Sequence record: DRR378314_2231
DNA length: 35,402 nucleotides
Reading direction: 5' to 3' (one strand)
The notes beneath the pieces are model-generated. The model searched no databases. It was not told the origin of the DNA and worked only from the letters and a program-made list of their open reading frames with translations. This document shows positions 19,144 to 27,608 of this stretch, in pieces (position 1 is the first letter of the stretch; each line of letters begins with the position of its first letter). Both the position numbers and the translations under genes were made by a program.

Positions 19144-22104
19144 TTAAAATTTCACTTCCGCACTCAAACGAACATAGCGAGGAGTTTGGAAACTAGTAGG
19201 CAGTCCGTAAAGTTCACTCGGAGCTCCGGCATAACCGCCATCTGCGCGAGGACCATCATAGATCTCATTAACTTCATTATATTCTCTAGCGGTATCATTA
19301 TTGAACACATTGAATACATCCGCACGGAATATCACATCAGAATCGCCAATTGTCATTGCATAGCGAGCAGTTAGATCTAAATTCCAAGTACTTGGAGTCG
19401 TTCCCTCTGACCCCCGACTTACTAACTCCCCGTCTTTAACAAAAGATTCAGCTTCATAAAGTGAGGCAAAAGCGTCAGTTGGATGGAAGCCGAATGAATT
19501 AAGTGGTCGTCCTGATTCCCAACGGAAGTTAGCCCCAAGACTAAATGCATCAGTTATAGAATAAGCACCCTGAATCTTAACCATATGGCGACGGTCATTT
19601 GGAAGGTTACCATATGCCCCATCAAGTAAGCCAGGTTGGTCAAAGTTAGTGGTCAAACCAGCATCATCCTGACCATTATCCGAGCGCACGAAACCTTCGC
19701 TGTTACCCCAGCTATGAGACCAGGTATAGGTTGCATCAATCATCCAATCATCAGCAAATGCGCGGCTCAATTTAACATCAACAGATCCGTACTTGCGGAT
19801 AGCTTCAGGATAACCTAAGTAACTACCTGGAATAGTGTACTGTTGGTTTTCAAGTGGCCCATCTCCATCAGGATCAGTTGTAATAGTAACATCATTACCT
19901 GGGTTAGTTAGGACATAGTAATGGAAACCAGAACAAAGCGTACAACCACTACCAAACTCTTCTTCTAGGTAATCATTGAAACCTGCATCAATAGCAATAT
20001 CTTCTAATGAAGACTTAAGATCTCGATAAGTACCTTTAATTGCTATAGACCAATTATCGGATAAAATGCGTTCATACCCTAAAATATACTCATCTTGATA
20101 CATTGGGTCGATGTCTGCATTAACTGTCTCCGCAGTACCTTTAAGTGTACCATCGGCATAAACGGCTCCGCCTAATGGAGAAGATTCGTCAACGATTGGA
20201 GTTAAATCATCGTTAATACCTTCAACCGCATAGTCAGTTAGAGTATAAAGCTCATCGCCTGCTAGACGAATGTTAGTATTCGTTGCTACAGGTAAATAAT
20301 AACGGCCGTAGTTCGCAAATATTTTGCTGTTACCATCACCGTTAACATCCCAGCTAACCCCAATACGTGGAGCCCACTGATCCGAAACATCGACAAATTT
20401 ATCACCGGCTTTATTGTAGTTCTCAAACGTCTCATTACGTAAACCAATACGAGCTACGATATCGTTAGTAACGTACCATGTATCTTGCACGTAAAATGCA
20501 TTAGATTTCGTTTCAAACGCACCTTCGTTTACATAAGTATTAAACCGAACTGTGCTACAGCCTGCATTACGAAGATCACCGGCCTGAATAAACTCTGGAT
20601 CACAACCACGATAGAAGTACGCTGTATCATTTACACGACGTGTATCCTCAACCGCTTCCAAGTCTTCATAATCAACACCGGCTCGAATGGTATGGTCAGG
20701 ATGAACATACCAATCAACGTCAATTCTATAAGCAGTACGTTTATCATCTTGAATTGACGGAGTAGTAAGACCAAAAGAAGTAAATTGAATTCCTGAGTCG
20801 TTTTCAAAGACCGCTGCAGCTGGCTCAGTTGTATTTACGTTACTGTAAGTCGCCTCATTAACACCATATAACGCGCTTATAGTTAGATCATCAGTTAAAA
20901 TGCCCGTGTACTGAAAGGCATAAGATGTGCCGCCACGTTCAAGTGCGTATTTTCCTTGAAGGTCTCCGCGTTCATCATCACCAAAGCTATAGCTGTACTT
21001 ATCAGTATCTAAATCACTTGAGTTATCCCAGCCAGTAAATTCAATTATATGATTTTGGGTAATGTACCAATCTAATTTAGCCGCAAAAAGAACATCTGCA
21101 GCTTCACGCTCGTAGTCCAACGTAGCTGTCGAATAATCACTCACACGATCTTTATAGTTAACTAAACCGAAAAAGAATAACTTATCTTCGACTAAAGCAC
21201 CGCTCGCCCAAACATTATAGTTATTTTCACCGATTTCATCGTTGCTGTTCACAATGTAATAAGGACTGCCGTTTTGATCAATTGCGGCTTGTTCTTCAAG
21301 AACAACGTCTGGCCTATTGGCTCTTAATGAGGACGGTTCAAAATACGCGCTCGCACCAGCTTTAAATTCATTAGAGCCTGATTTAGTGGTTGCGTTAATA
21401 ACACCACCTGTAGAACGGCCATACTCAGCTGAATAGCCACCGGTCTTAACCTCGAAAGTGTCGTACATTTCGAAAGGTAATTCAGAACCACCTAAACCAT
21501 TCCGGAAATTAGTTACGTTCAAACCGTTAACGTAATAAACGTTTTCACCAACTGAAGCACCACCAAATGATGTTAAGTTACCAAACGCAGAATCACCCTG
21601 AGTGGTTCCCGGTGCAAGTAAGGCTATAGAGGCTAAGTCACGAGGCACCGGTACTTTGGATAGAAACTCTTGGCCCACGACTAGTTCAGATTCAGATGAT
21701 GACGTATCGATCATTGATATAGCTGAACCAGTAACAGATATTGTTTCCATTTGGTCGCGAGTTACTAGAGTCAAATCTATATTAGTACGAGAACCAATCC
21801 GGACTGAAAGCATATCTTCTTGCAGCGTGCCATAACCCGATTTCGTTGCACGCAGCGAGTATTGTCCTGGAGGTAAAAGAGGAAAACGGTATTGACCATC
21901 AGCACCTGAAGTTACGGTACGAGTCAAACCTGTTTCAAGATTTGTAATAGTAATTTCAACACCTGAGATAACTTCGCCCGAGTTATCAACAGATTGACCT
22001 AAAAGGAAACCTTTGGATTCGTCGGCAATTGCCGGAGAGGCAATACCTAACGAAGCCGCGACTGCCGCCGCTGTAATTGTACTGCGAAATACTGATTTTC
22101 TCAT
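19144..22104 (-). CDS. Oar-like TonB-dependent receptor with an N-terminal carboxypeptidase-regulatory-like domain
   Basis: GQSVDNSG...GQYRFPLLPPGQYSL N domain, TGGYSAEYGRSTGGVINATTKSGSN, WAPRIGVSWD, C-terminal PRYVRLSAEVKF. Confidence 0.92.
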   Translation of the reverse strand: MRKSVFRSTITAAAVAASLGIASPAIADESKGFLLGQSVDNSGEVISGVEITITNLETGLTRTVTSGADGQYRFPLLPPGQYSLRATKSGYGTLQEDMLSVRIGSRTNIDLTLVTRDQMETISVTGSAISMIDTSSSESELVVGQEFLSKVPVPRDLASIALLAPGTTQGDSAFGNLTSFGGASVGENVYYVNGLNVTNFRNGLGGSELPFEMYDTFEVKTGGYSAEYGRSTGGVINATTKSGSNEFKAGASAYFEPSSLRANRPDVVLEEQAAIDQNGSPYYIVNSNDEIGENNYNVWASGALVEDKLFFFGLVNYKDRVSDYSTATLDYEREAADVLFAAKLDWYITQNHIIEFTGWDNSSDLDTDKYSYSFGDDERGDLQGKYALERGGTSYAFQYTGILTDDLTISALYGVNEATYSNVNTTEPAAAVFENDSGIQFTSFGLTTPSIQDDKRTAYRIDVDWYVHPDHTIRAGVDYEDLEAVEDTRRVNDTAYFYRGCDPEFIQAGDLRNAGCSTVRFNTYVNEGAFETKSNAFYVQDTWYVTNDIVARIGLRNETFENYNKAGDKFVDVSDQWAPRIGVSWDVNGDGNSKIFANYGRYYLPVATNTNIRLAGDELYTLTDYAVEGINDDLTPIVDESSPLGGAVYADGTLKGTAETVNADIDPMYQDEYILGYERILSDNWSIAIKGTYRDLKSSLEDIAIDAGFNDYLEEEFGSGCTLCSGFHYYVLTNPGNDVTITTDPDGDGPLENQQYTIPGSYLGYPEAIRKYGSVDVKLSRAFADDWMIDATYTWSHSWGNSEGFVRSDNGQDDAGLTTNFDQPGLLDGAYGNLPNDRRHMVKIQGAYSITDAFSLGANFRWESGRPLNSFGFHPTDAFASLYEAESFVKDGELVSRGSEGTTPSTWNLDLTARYAMTIGDSDVIFRADVFNVFNNDTAREYNEVNEIYDGPRADGGYAGAPSELYGLPTSFQTPRYVRLSAEVKF

Positions 22105-22163
22105 GAGTAAAAACTCCCTGGAACGTTTTTATTATATCGCTTCTTTTACTAGAAGCTGTATAG

Positions 22164-22192
22164 AACTTAACAGGAAGTTAAAACTTTGTAAA
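22164..22192 (-). promoter_or_regulatory. Putative sigma-70 promoter of the Oar-like TBDR
   Basis: TTTACA-17 nt-TAAGTT with an extended -10 TG; near-copy of the element at 30572-30600. Confidence 0.6.
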
Positions 22193-22253
22193 CTTTTAGT
22201 GTTAATTTTGTTTCCTAGATATGAAGTGACAAACATAACCAAATCCCGCGGCA

Positions 22254-23171
22254 CTAAGAACCTTTAACCGCCTGTACACAATTCCCTACAACTCCGGTTT
22301 CAGGAAACTGCACTTGCTGAACTCTAACCTGCTTAAAACCAGCATCTTCAATGCGTTTTTTCAGGTCAGCAGGTTCTCCTAAACTATCTGTGGCTTTTAG
22401 CAGAGTGGTTAGTCGAGCCCGATGCTCAGTTACATTGGCTAAATAATCATCAAATATTTTTTGCGATTCCACTTTTTTCCCTGCCGCTGCTGCTTGCAAG
22501 AGATGCTTGGTGGCGGGAACAAAATTCATAGCATGAAAAGCCGATTGCTGCTGATGCCTTCGAGCAAATTGATTCAACCGTTGCTGAGCCTCTTGTGCGG
22601 CTCTCGGTAAACTCCCTTCTCTCTGTTTAAATAAGGCCTCCTGTAAGACGCTCACCGATTTTTTAAGTTGCTTAATGACAGAGGGAATAAGCTCATAAAC
22701 TTCTAAGCTCTTTTTGTAGATAACGGACTCCTCAGAATGTACCAAAGCAACTAAAGACCCTCCGCGTTTTAGCTGTGATGATAAGTTTATCAATCCTGAA
22801 TCAAGATCCCCATACTCAATGCCAAAGTGTGAAACAAAGACTCCTACTTTCTTATTACCAGATAAGCTAAATTGCTCGTAGTCAGTTTCTCCGGATAACT
22901 TCAAACTCTTATTAGGTGGGTTAATCTGCGCGGAATCAATTCCGGTTACATCGAGCTTTTTTCCTTTTTCTTCCGCGTATTCAGTCAACCACTGCACAAC
23001 AATTCCGTTACCGGTACCAACATCCACGATTGGTTGCTTTACATCAGTTTCATCCATACGTTCAAACCAAAACTTTCTCATTTGGTAGGTTTGTAAACGA
23101 GAGCGGTCATCTAAAAAACTCGCTTTTGCGCCTTTCTGCCAAAAATAAGTCCACGGGTTACGTTGTGTCAT
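22254..23171 (-). CDS. Class I SAM-dependent methyltransferase
   Basis: N-terminal WTYFW, motif I IVDVGTGNG, GID, SHFGIEYG, LKRGG. Confidence 0.75.
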   Translation of the reverse strand: MTQRNPWTYFWQKGAKASFLDDRSRLQTYQMRKFWFERMDETDVKQPIVDVGTGNGIVVQWLTEYAEEKGKKLDVTGIDSAQINPPNKSLKLSGETDYEQFSLSGNKKVGVFVSHFGIEYGDLDSGLINLSSQLKRGGSLVALVHSEESVIYKKSLEVYELIPSVIKQLKKSVSVLQEALFKQREGSLPRAAQEAQQRLNQFARRHQQQSAFHAMNFVPATKHLLQAAAAGKKVESQKIFDDYLANVTEHRARLTTLLKATDSLGEPADLKKRIEDAGFKQVRVQQVQFPETGVVGNCVQAVKGS

Positions 23172-23183
23172 TTTCTTCCCTTT

Positions 23184-24488
23184 TTATTCTTCTGGATAAA
23201 TATCAAAAGCAACCGTCAACCGGTTTTCGCGACTTTGAAAGGGTGTGGTTCCGTGCCAAAAATAAGAGGGGAAAAGCACGATAAGTCCCTCTTCCGGACG
23301 AATAAAGTAATCTGCATACTCCTCTTCCAACAACTCACTTTCGCCAAGCTTAAGCCACCCTTGCCCTTTGTTTGTTAATTCTTTATTTGCTGAAATATAA
23401 TAACAACCGCTTATCCAGCCTTCATTATGATAATGGCTTTTGTGATAGCCGTTGTTACGTAATTTAACCGACCATGACCCGGTAAAGTCAAAGTTTTTGC
23501 CGCTATGCTGTAAAAATGGATGTGCCGGGTCTTTTCCTAAGTTACTGACCCATTGTGCAACATGTTCTTTAATTCCCGTAGCTAAATGTTGAGTAGCCCC
23601 ACTAGAATTTGCAAACAAATGCCCGTCAGTCTGGCTACCATTACGAAGAGATTGCTCTAAAGGGTGCTGAGAGCTGCCATGAAGTTTTTCAAGTTCAAGA
23701 GAAAGCTTATTATGAAAGCTTTGCCTTGTTGAAAACTCAGAGGGGACAGGAAGGAAACTCGCACTAACAAAATGCTCAAAGTCGTACAGCTCTTGATAAC
23801 TGTCACTCAACTCGGCAGCTTTGAAAACCGAAGCGAGTAATGCCCAGTCTCCTTGTTCCGGCTTTTCACTAAGAGCTATTAGTTGACGGGCACTTTGCAA
23901 GGCCTGTTGGTATAGTTTTAACGCAAGTTCACACTTAGCTTTTGTTCGTAACGTTGCAGCAGAGTTATTACCGGAAGTTATCACTTTTTCTATACTTTTT
24001 AGCGCTTGTTCATAGCTTTTAGTTTTAAACTGAATATGCGCCCGCATAATATCAAATTCATTAACGTTTTCATTCGGGTCAAAATTTTCAAGTAAACTGA
24101 GTACATTTGAATAGTCTTCAGCTTGCAATAGTAAACGAGCATAATCATAAACTAAGGCTAGCTGAGGACGTTTTTCGCTAAGTGCTTTTTTATAAAAAGC
24201 TGTCCAATGGGGGTTAGCTAAGCGCCAATTCACCTCGGCCCAAATTCTCTGAGCCCGACGATGGTTAAGGTTCGATACTAAAAAGCGCTCAGCCATTCTA
24301 GAGGATTGTTGCATGAACTCAGGTTTGCCCATACTCGCCAAACACTGAGCCTTCAGTAAATACGCTTTTTCAGCATTAGGGAAGTAACTTAACGCTAAGG
24401 TCAGCTCCTTCTCTGCTTCTTTAAAGCGGTTGCCTTTAACCAGCTCAATAGCAAAATTATAATGTTTAATATAAAGCGATTTCGACAC
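23184..24488 (-). CDS. TPR-repeat protein with a C-terminal putative 2OG-Fe(II) oxygenase domain
   Basis: N-terminal TPR helices; QSLRNGSQT, SWSVKL, HKSHYH (HxH), WISGCYY, LFPSYFWHGT, RLTVAFD. Start probably GTG 24488, because the ORF-track start at 24542 runs through a terminator. Confidence 0.85.
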   Translation of the reverse strand: MSKSLYIKHYNFAIELVKGNRFKEAEKELTLALSYFPNAEKAYLLKAQCLASMGKPEFMQQSSRMAERFLVSNLNHRRAQRIWAEVNWRLANPHWTAFYKKALSEKRPQLALVYDYARLLLQAEDYSNVLSLLENFDPNENVNEFDIMRAHIQFKTKSYEQALKSIEKVITSGNNSAATLRTKAKCELALKLYQQALQSARQLIALSEKPEQGDWALLASVFKAAELSDSYQELYDFEHFVSASFLPVPSEFSTRQSFHNKLSLELEKLHGSSQHPLEQSLRNGSQTDGHLFANSSGATQHLATGIKEHVAQWVSNLGKDPAHPFLQHSGKNFDFTGSWSVKLRNNGYHKSHYHNEGWISGCYYISANKELTNKGQGWLKLGESELLEEEYADYFIRPEEGLIVLFPSYFWHGTTPFQSRENRLTVAFDIYPEE

Positions 24489-24507
24489 AGCAATTACCTT
24501 CAGCCAT

Positions 24508-24534
24508 AAAAAAACCCAGCCGAAGCTGGGTTTT
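24508..24534 (-). terminator. Intrinsic terminator after TBDR 24559-27297
   Basis: Minus strand AAAACCCAGC-TTCG-GCTGGGTTTTTTT. Confidence 0.9.
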
Positions 24535-24558
24535 ATCAACAACTAACGTTGGTAAACC

Positions 24559-27297
24559 TTAGAACTTCATACCTACACGAGCATACCAGTATTGGCCTGC
24601 TGTGTCATAAGATGAGTTCAAAGTATTCATATCGTTATTGTTTGTTACGTATGGAGGTTGTTTATCAAACAAGTTACGAATACCTAAAGTAAAGGTAGTG
24701 CTTTCACCATAGTAATAGTTCGCTTGCATGTCATGATAAACATAAGAGCCAGTTGAGCTGCTCACGTCCTTCGAGTCGTAGTTGATATCGTCAGTGCCTG
24801 ACTGGTAGCGAGCTGTCCAGCTAACATCAGTGTCACCAATTTTATAACCCGCGGTTAAGTTAGTACGTAACTCAGGGAATGCCGCAACACGACCACCGAA
24901 GTTCGTATCTGCACCAAACTTACCGGCTAACTCAAGAGCATCAGCACCAGCTTGAGCGACATAAGTGTAGTCACTCAAATAAGTACCGTCTAGGCGCATA
25001 GTTAATTGACCACCAGCTAAATCACGGTTCCAGTTTACGTCAAAATCAACACCTGAGGTTTCAAATACTGAAATATTCTGAGTATAAGCTAGGACACCAG
25101 CAATATAGCCGTTTGAATCACGATAGTCAGAACCTGACCAAGAAGGTCTGTCAACTGCGTCAGCTCCTAAGATAAGGCCACAAGCTTCGTTCGAGAAATT
25201 CTCGCTATTATAACATTGAGCAACGATAGCACTTGTGCTCGGAGCACCGATACCGTTTTCAATTTCAATGTCATAATAATCGACTGCAATGCTCAGGTTT
25301 TCCAAAAACGCGGGCTGGTAAACCACACCCATAGTGAAGCTGTCAGAAGTTTCTGGTTGCAGATCTTCGTTACCGCCAACCAACGTAGATGATTGGTTGT
25401 TATCTAGAGTAAAGTCCGGTGCAAAACCTTCGCCTGAACAGTTATCGATAACGTTTTGATTACTGCTATCGCCATACTCTACACAAGGGTCTGTGTAAGA
25501 AATGTTAGATTCTTCTTGCGGTGAATAAAGATCACTAATACTTGGGGCACGGAAACCTTCAGCAACAGTTGCACGAACTAACAAGCCGTCCATAGGCACG
25601 TATTCCAGGCCAAACTTCGTTGTGGTCTCACCATCGAGGAAGTCATAGTCTGAATAACGAACCGCTGCGGACAGATCTAACGACTGAACGCCTGGCAGAT
25701 CACGCAGTAATGGCACGTTAAGCTCTAAGTAAGCTTCTTCAACGTCGTAAGAACCTTCAGTTGGTTCTGCCGCAACGCTGTAAATTTGACCAAGAATAGC
25801 GCCGCCATCTGGCTGGTTCTGGTATTCTTCCCAACGTTTTTCAACACCAACAGCCCAAGCTACCGGTCCTGCCGGCAGAGTAAAGCTACCAGTATCACCC
25901 GTTAAGTTCGCCATAAACTGCTTAGTTGTTCCACGCTCAACCGGAGAGTTTGGTACTAGAACATAATCCATTAGTTCCTGGCTTAAAGTGCCGGCTTCAA
26001 ACGGGTTCCAAAGACCAGGACACGCTTCTTCTGCATCGCACAGATCCGGGTCTAAAACAGTTGCGAAACGGTCAGGGTTTGCACGACCATAGTCTACGCT
26101 CGCATCGACAAAACGCGAGTAGTTATATGATACATCCCAAGACCATCCGTTACTTAAATAACCTTCAAAACCAAAAACCATACGGTAGTCAGAGAAATCT
26201 TGAGTAAACGAACGTCCGCCAGTTTCTTCTAAACGACGGTAAATATAGAGATCTTCGCCGATTGGGTTGTCCGGATGCTCGCCAGCAACAGTTGGTCCCC
26301 AGAAAGTTCCCTCTGCAGCCATTAACTGATCTGACTGACGGTTAGTGTAACCCGCTTCCATGAACACGTTTAAGTCACGCGTCAACTCATAGTTTGCTGA
26401 TGCGTTAATTGTGAAGATGTCCTGCGGTGTTACCATATAACTTGCAGGTGCAAAGTTATATGCATCTTGCTGACCGTTGTATGGCCGCACTTCACCAGTT
26501 TCAGGATCAACGACAAAGCTGCTACCTGCATTCGCTGAGTTATATGGTGAGTTATCATCAGCTGCTGACCAAGTACTGTATGGAATGGTTGTTGAACCGC
26601 CTTGAACTATTTGGCCACCTTCTTCACTTAGTGGGATTCGTGAAAAATCACGATCGCCTTGCCAAATAGGATTACGGTTTTGATATTCAAGAGCTAAAAC
26701 GACATTACCTTTGCCGCTTGAAGCACCGATAACACCTGAAAGTTTAGTGGTTTCTCCATCACCTTCACCCGTCAAATCGTATTGAGCTGAGAATTCGGCA
26801 CCTTCAAAATCTTTTTTCGTAATGAAGTTGATAACACCGGCAATGGCATCTGAACCGTAAATGGTCGATGCGCCATCGCGCAAGACCTCAACACGCTCAA
26901 TGTAGGCCATAGGAATTGAGTTTAAGTCACCAGAAGCGTAACGGCGACCGTTCAAAAGGATCAAAGTACGGTCAGAGCCTAAACCACGCAAGTTAGCGGA
27001 CGCATAACCGCCGGAGCCGTTATTGGTGTTAGAGCCGTTGTAACCACCGTTCATTGACGGAATGTTATGTACGAACTTTTCCATCGTTGTGAAGCCTGAT
27101 GATTCGATAGCTTCAGAGTCAAATACAGTGATTGGGCTTGCTGTTTCCATATCAGTACGTTTGATACGAGAACCAGTAACCTGGATACGTTCAACATTGT
27201 CGGCACCGCTATCTTGAGCTGCGACCAACGCTGGAAAGCCTAACGTTGCTGTAACAGCGATAGCTGTTAAGCTTTTACGGAAGGTATTGCTATTCAT
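24559..27297 (-). CDS. TonB-dependent receptor
   Basis: VERIQVTGSRIKR, NLRGLGSDRTLILLNGRR, GASTIYGSDAIAGVINFI, GIRNLFDKQPP, C-terminal RVGMKF. Start ATG 27297 (ORF track 27318). Confidence 0.93.
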   Translation of the reverse strand: MNSNTFRKSLTAIAVTATLGFPALVAAQDSGADNVERIQVTGSRIKRTDMETASPITVFDSEAIESSGFTTMEKFVHNIPSMNGGYNGSNTNNGSGGYASANLRGLGSDRTLILLNGRRYASGDLNSIPMAYIERVEVLRDGASTIYGSDAIAGVINFITKKDFEGAEFSAQYDLTGEGDGETTKLSGVIGASSGKGNVVLALEYQNRNPIWQGDRDFSRIPLSEEGGQIVQGGSTTIPYSTWSAADDNSPYNSANAGSSFVVDPETGEVRPYNGQQDAYNFAPASYMVTPQDIFTINASANYELTRDLNVFMEAGYTNRQSDQLMAAEGTFWGPTVAGEHPDNPIGEDLYIYRRLEETGGRSFTQDFSDYRMVFGFEGYLSNGWSWDVSYNYSRFVDASVDYGRANPDRFATVLDPDLCDAEEACPGLWNPFEAGTLSQELMDYVLVPNSPVERGTTKQFMANLTGDTGSFTLPAGPVAWAVGVEKRWEEYQNQPDGGAILGQIYSVAAEPTEGSYDVEEAYLELNVPLLRDLPGVQSLDLSAAVRYSDYDFLDGETTTKFGLEYVPMDGLLVRATVAEGFRAPSISDLYSPQEESNISYTDPCVEYGDSSNQNVIDNCSGEGFAPDFTLDNNQSSTLVGGNEDLQPETSDSFTMGVVYQPAFLENLSIAVDYYDIEIENGIGAPSTSAIVAQCYNSENFSNEACGLILGADAVDRPSWSGSDYRDSNGYIAGVLAYTQNISVFETSGVDFDVNWNRDLAGGQLTMRLDGTYLSDYTYVAQAGADALELAGKFGADTNFGGRVAAFPELRTNLTAGYKIGDTDVSWTARYQSGTDDINYDSKDVSSSTGSYVYHDMQANYYYGESTTFTLGIRNLFDKQPPYVTNNNDMNTLNSSYDTAGQYWYARVGMKF

Positions 27298-27553
27298 AGA
27301 AATTACTCCCTGGAACATTATTTTTTAGTTGCTTGATTGGCGAAAGCAACCTGAAACCGATGGCAGTTTGACTATTTATTGTTTAGCTGCCCGTTTTCGG
27401 TAACAACCTTTTAACGCTCCGGGATTAAAATTTCAAGTGTTACGCTGACTCTTTTACTAACGTACGCAACCATATGTACAAAAAATAACCATTTGGAGTG
27501 TTTTTAAACCTATTAAGTTAATTTAAAAAACCATTGTTACAAAAAAACAAAAC

Positions 27554-27583
27554 AAAAAAGCCAGCTATAAATAGCTGGCTTTT
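27554..27583 (-). terminator. Intrinsic terminator after TBDR 27609-30512
   Basis: AAAAGCCAGCTAT-AA-ATAGCTGGCTTTT inverted repeat with a U tract on the minus strand. Confidence 0.85.
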
Positions 27584-27608
27584 ACACATAAATATCTAAG
27601 TAGACCGA

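Noticed and set aside
18970-19374. 134-aa plus-strand ORF, along with the many other short ORFs in the six-frame track
   Set aside because: They are antisense or off-frame shadows of well-supported genes with no recognisable motifs; this one also crosses a terminator.
24489-24542. Extended N-terminus MLIKPSFGWVFLWLK of the TPR-oxygenase as a signal or TM segment
   Set aside because: It is translation through the terminator hairpin and U tract; GTG 24488 with a GAAGGT RBS is more plausible.
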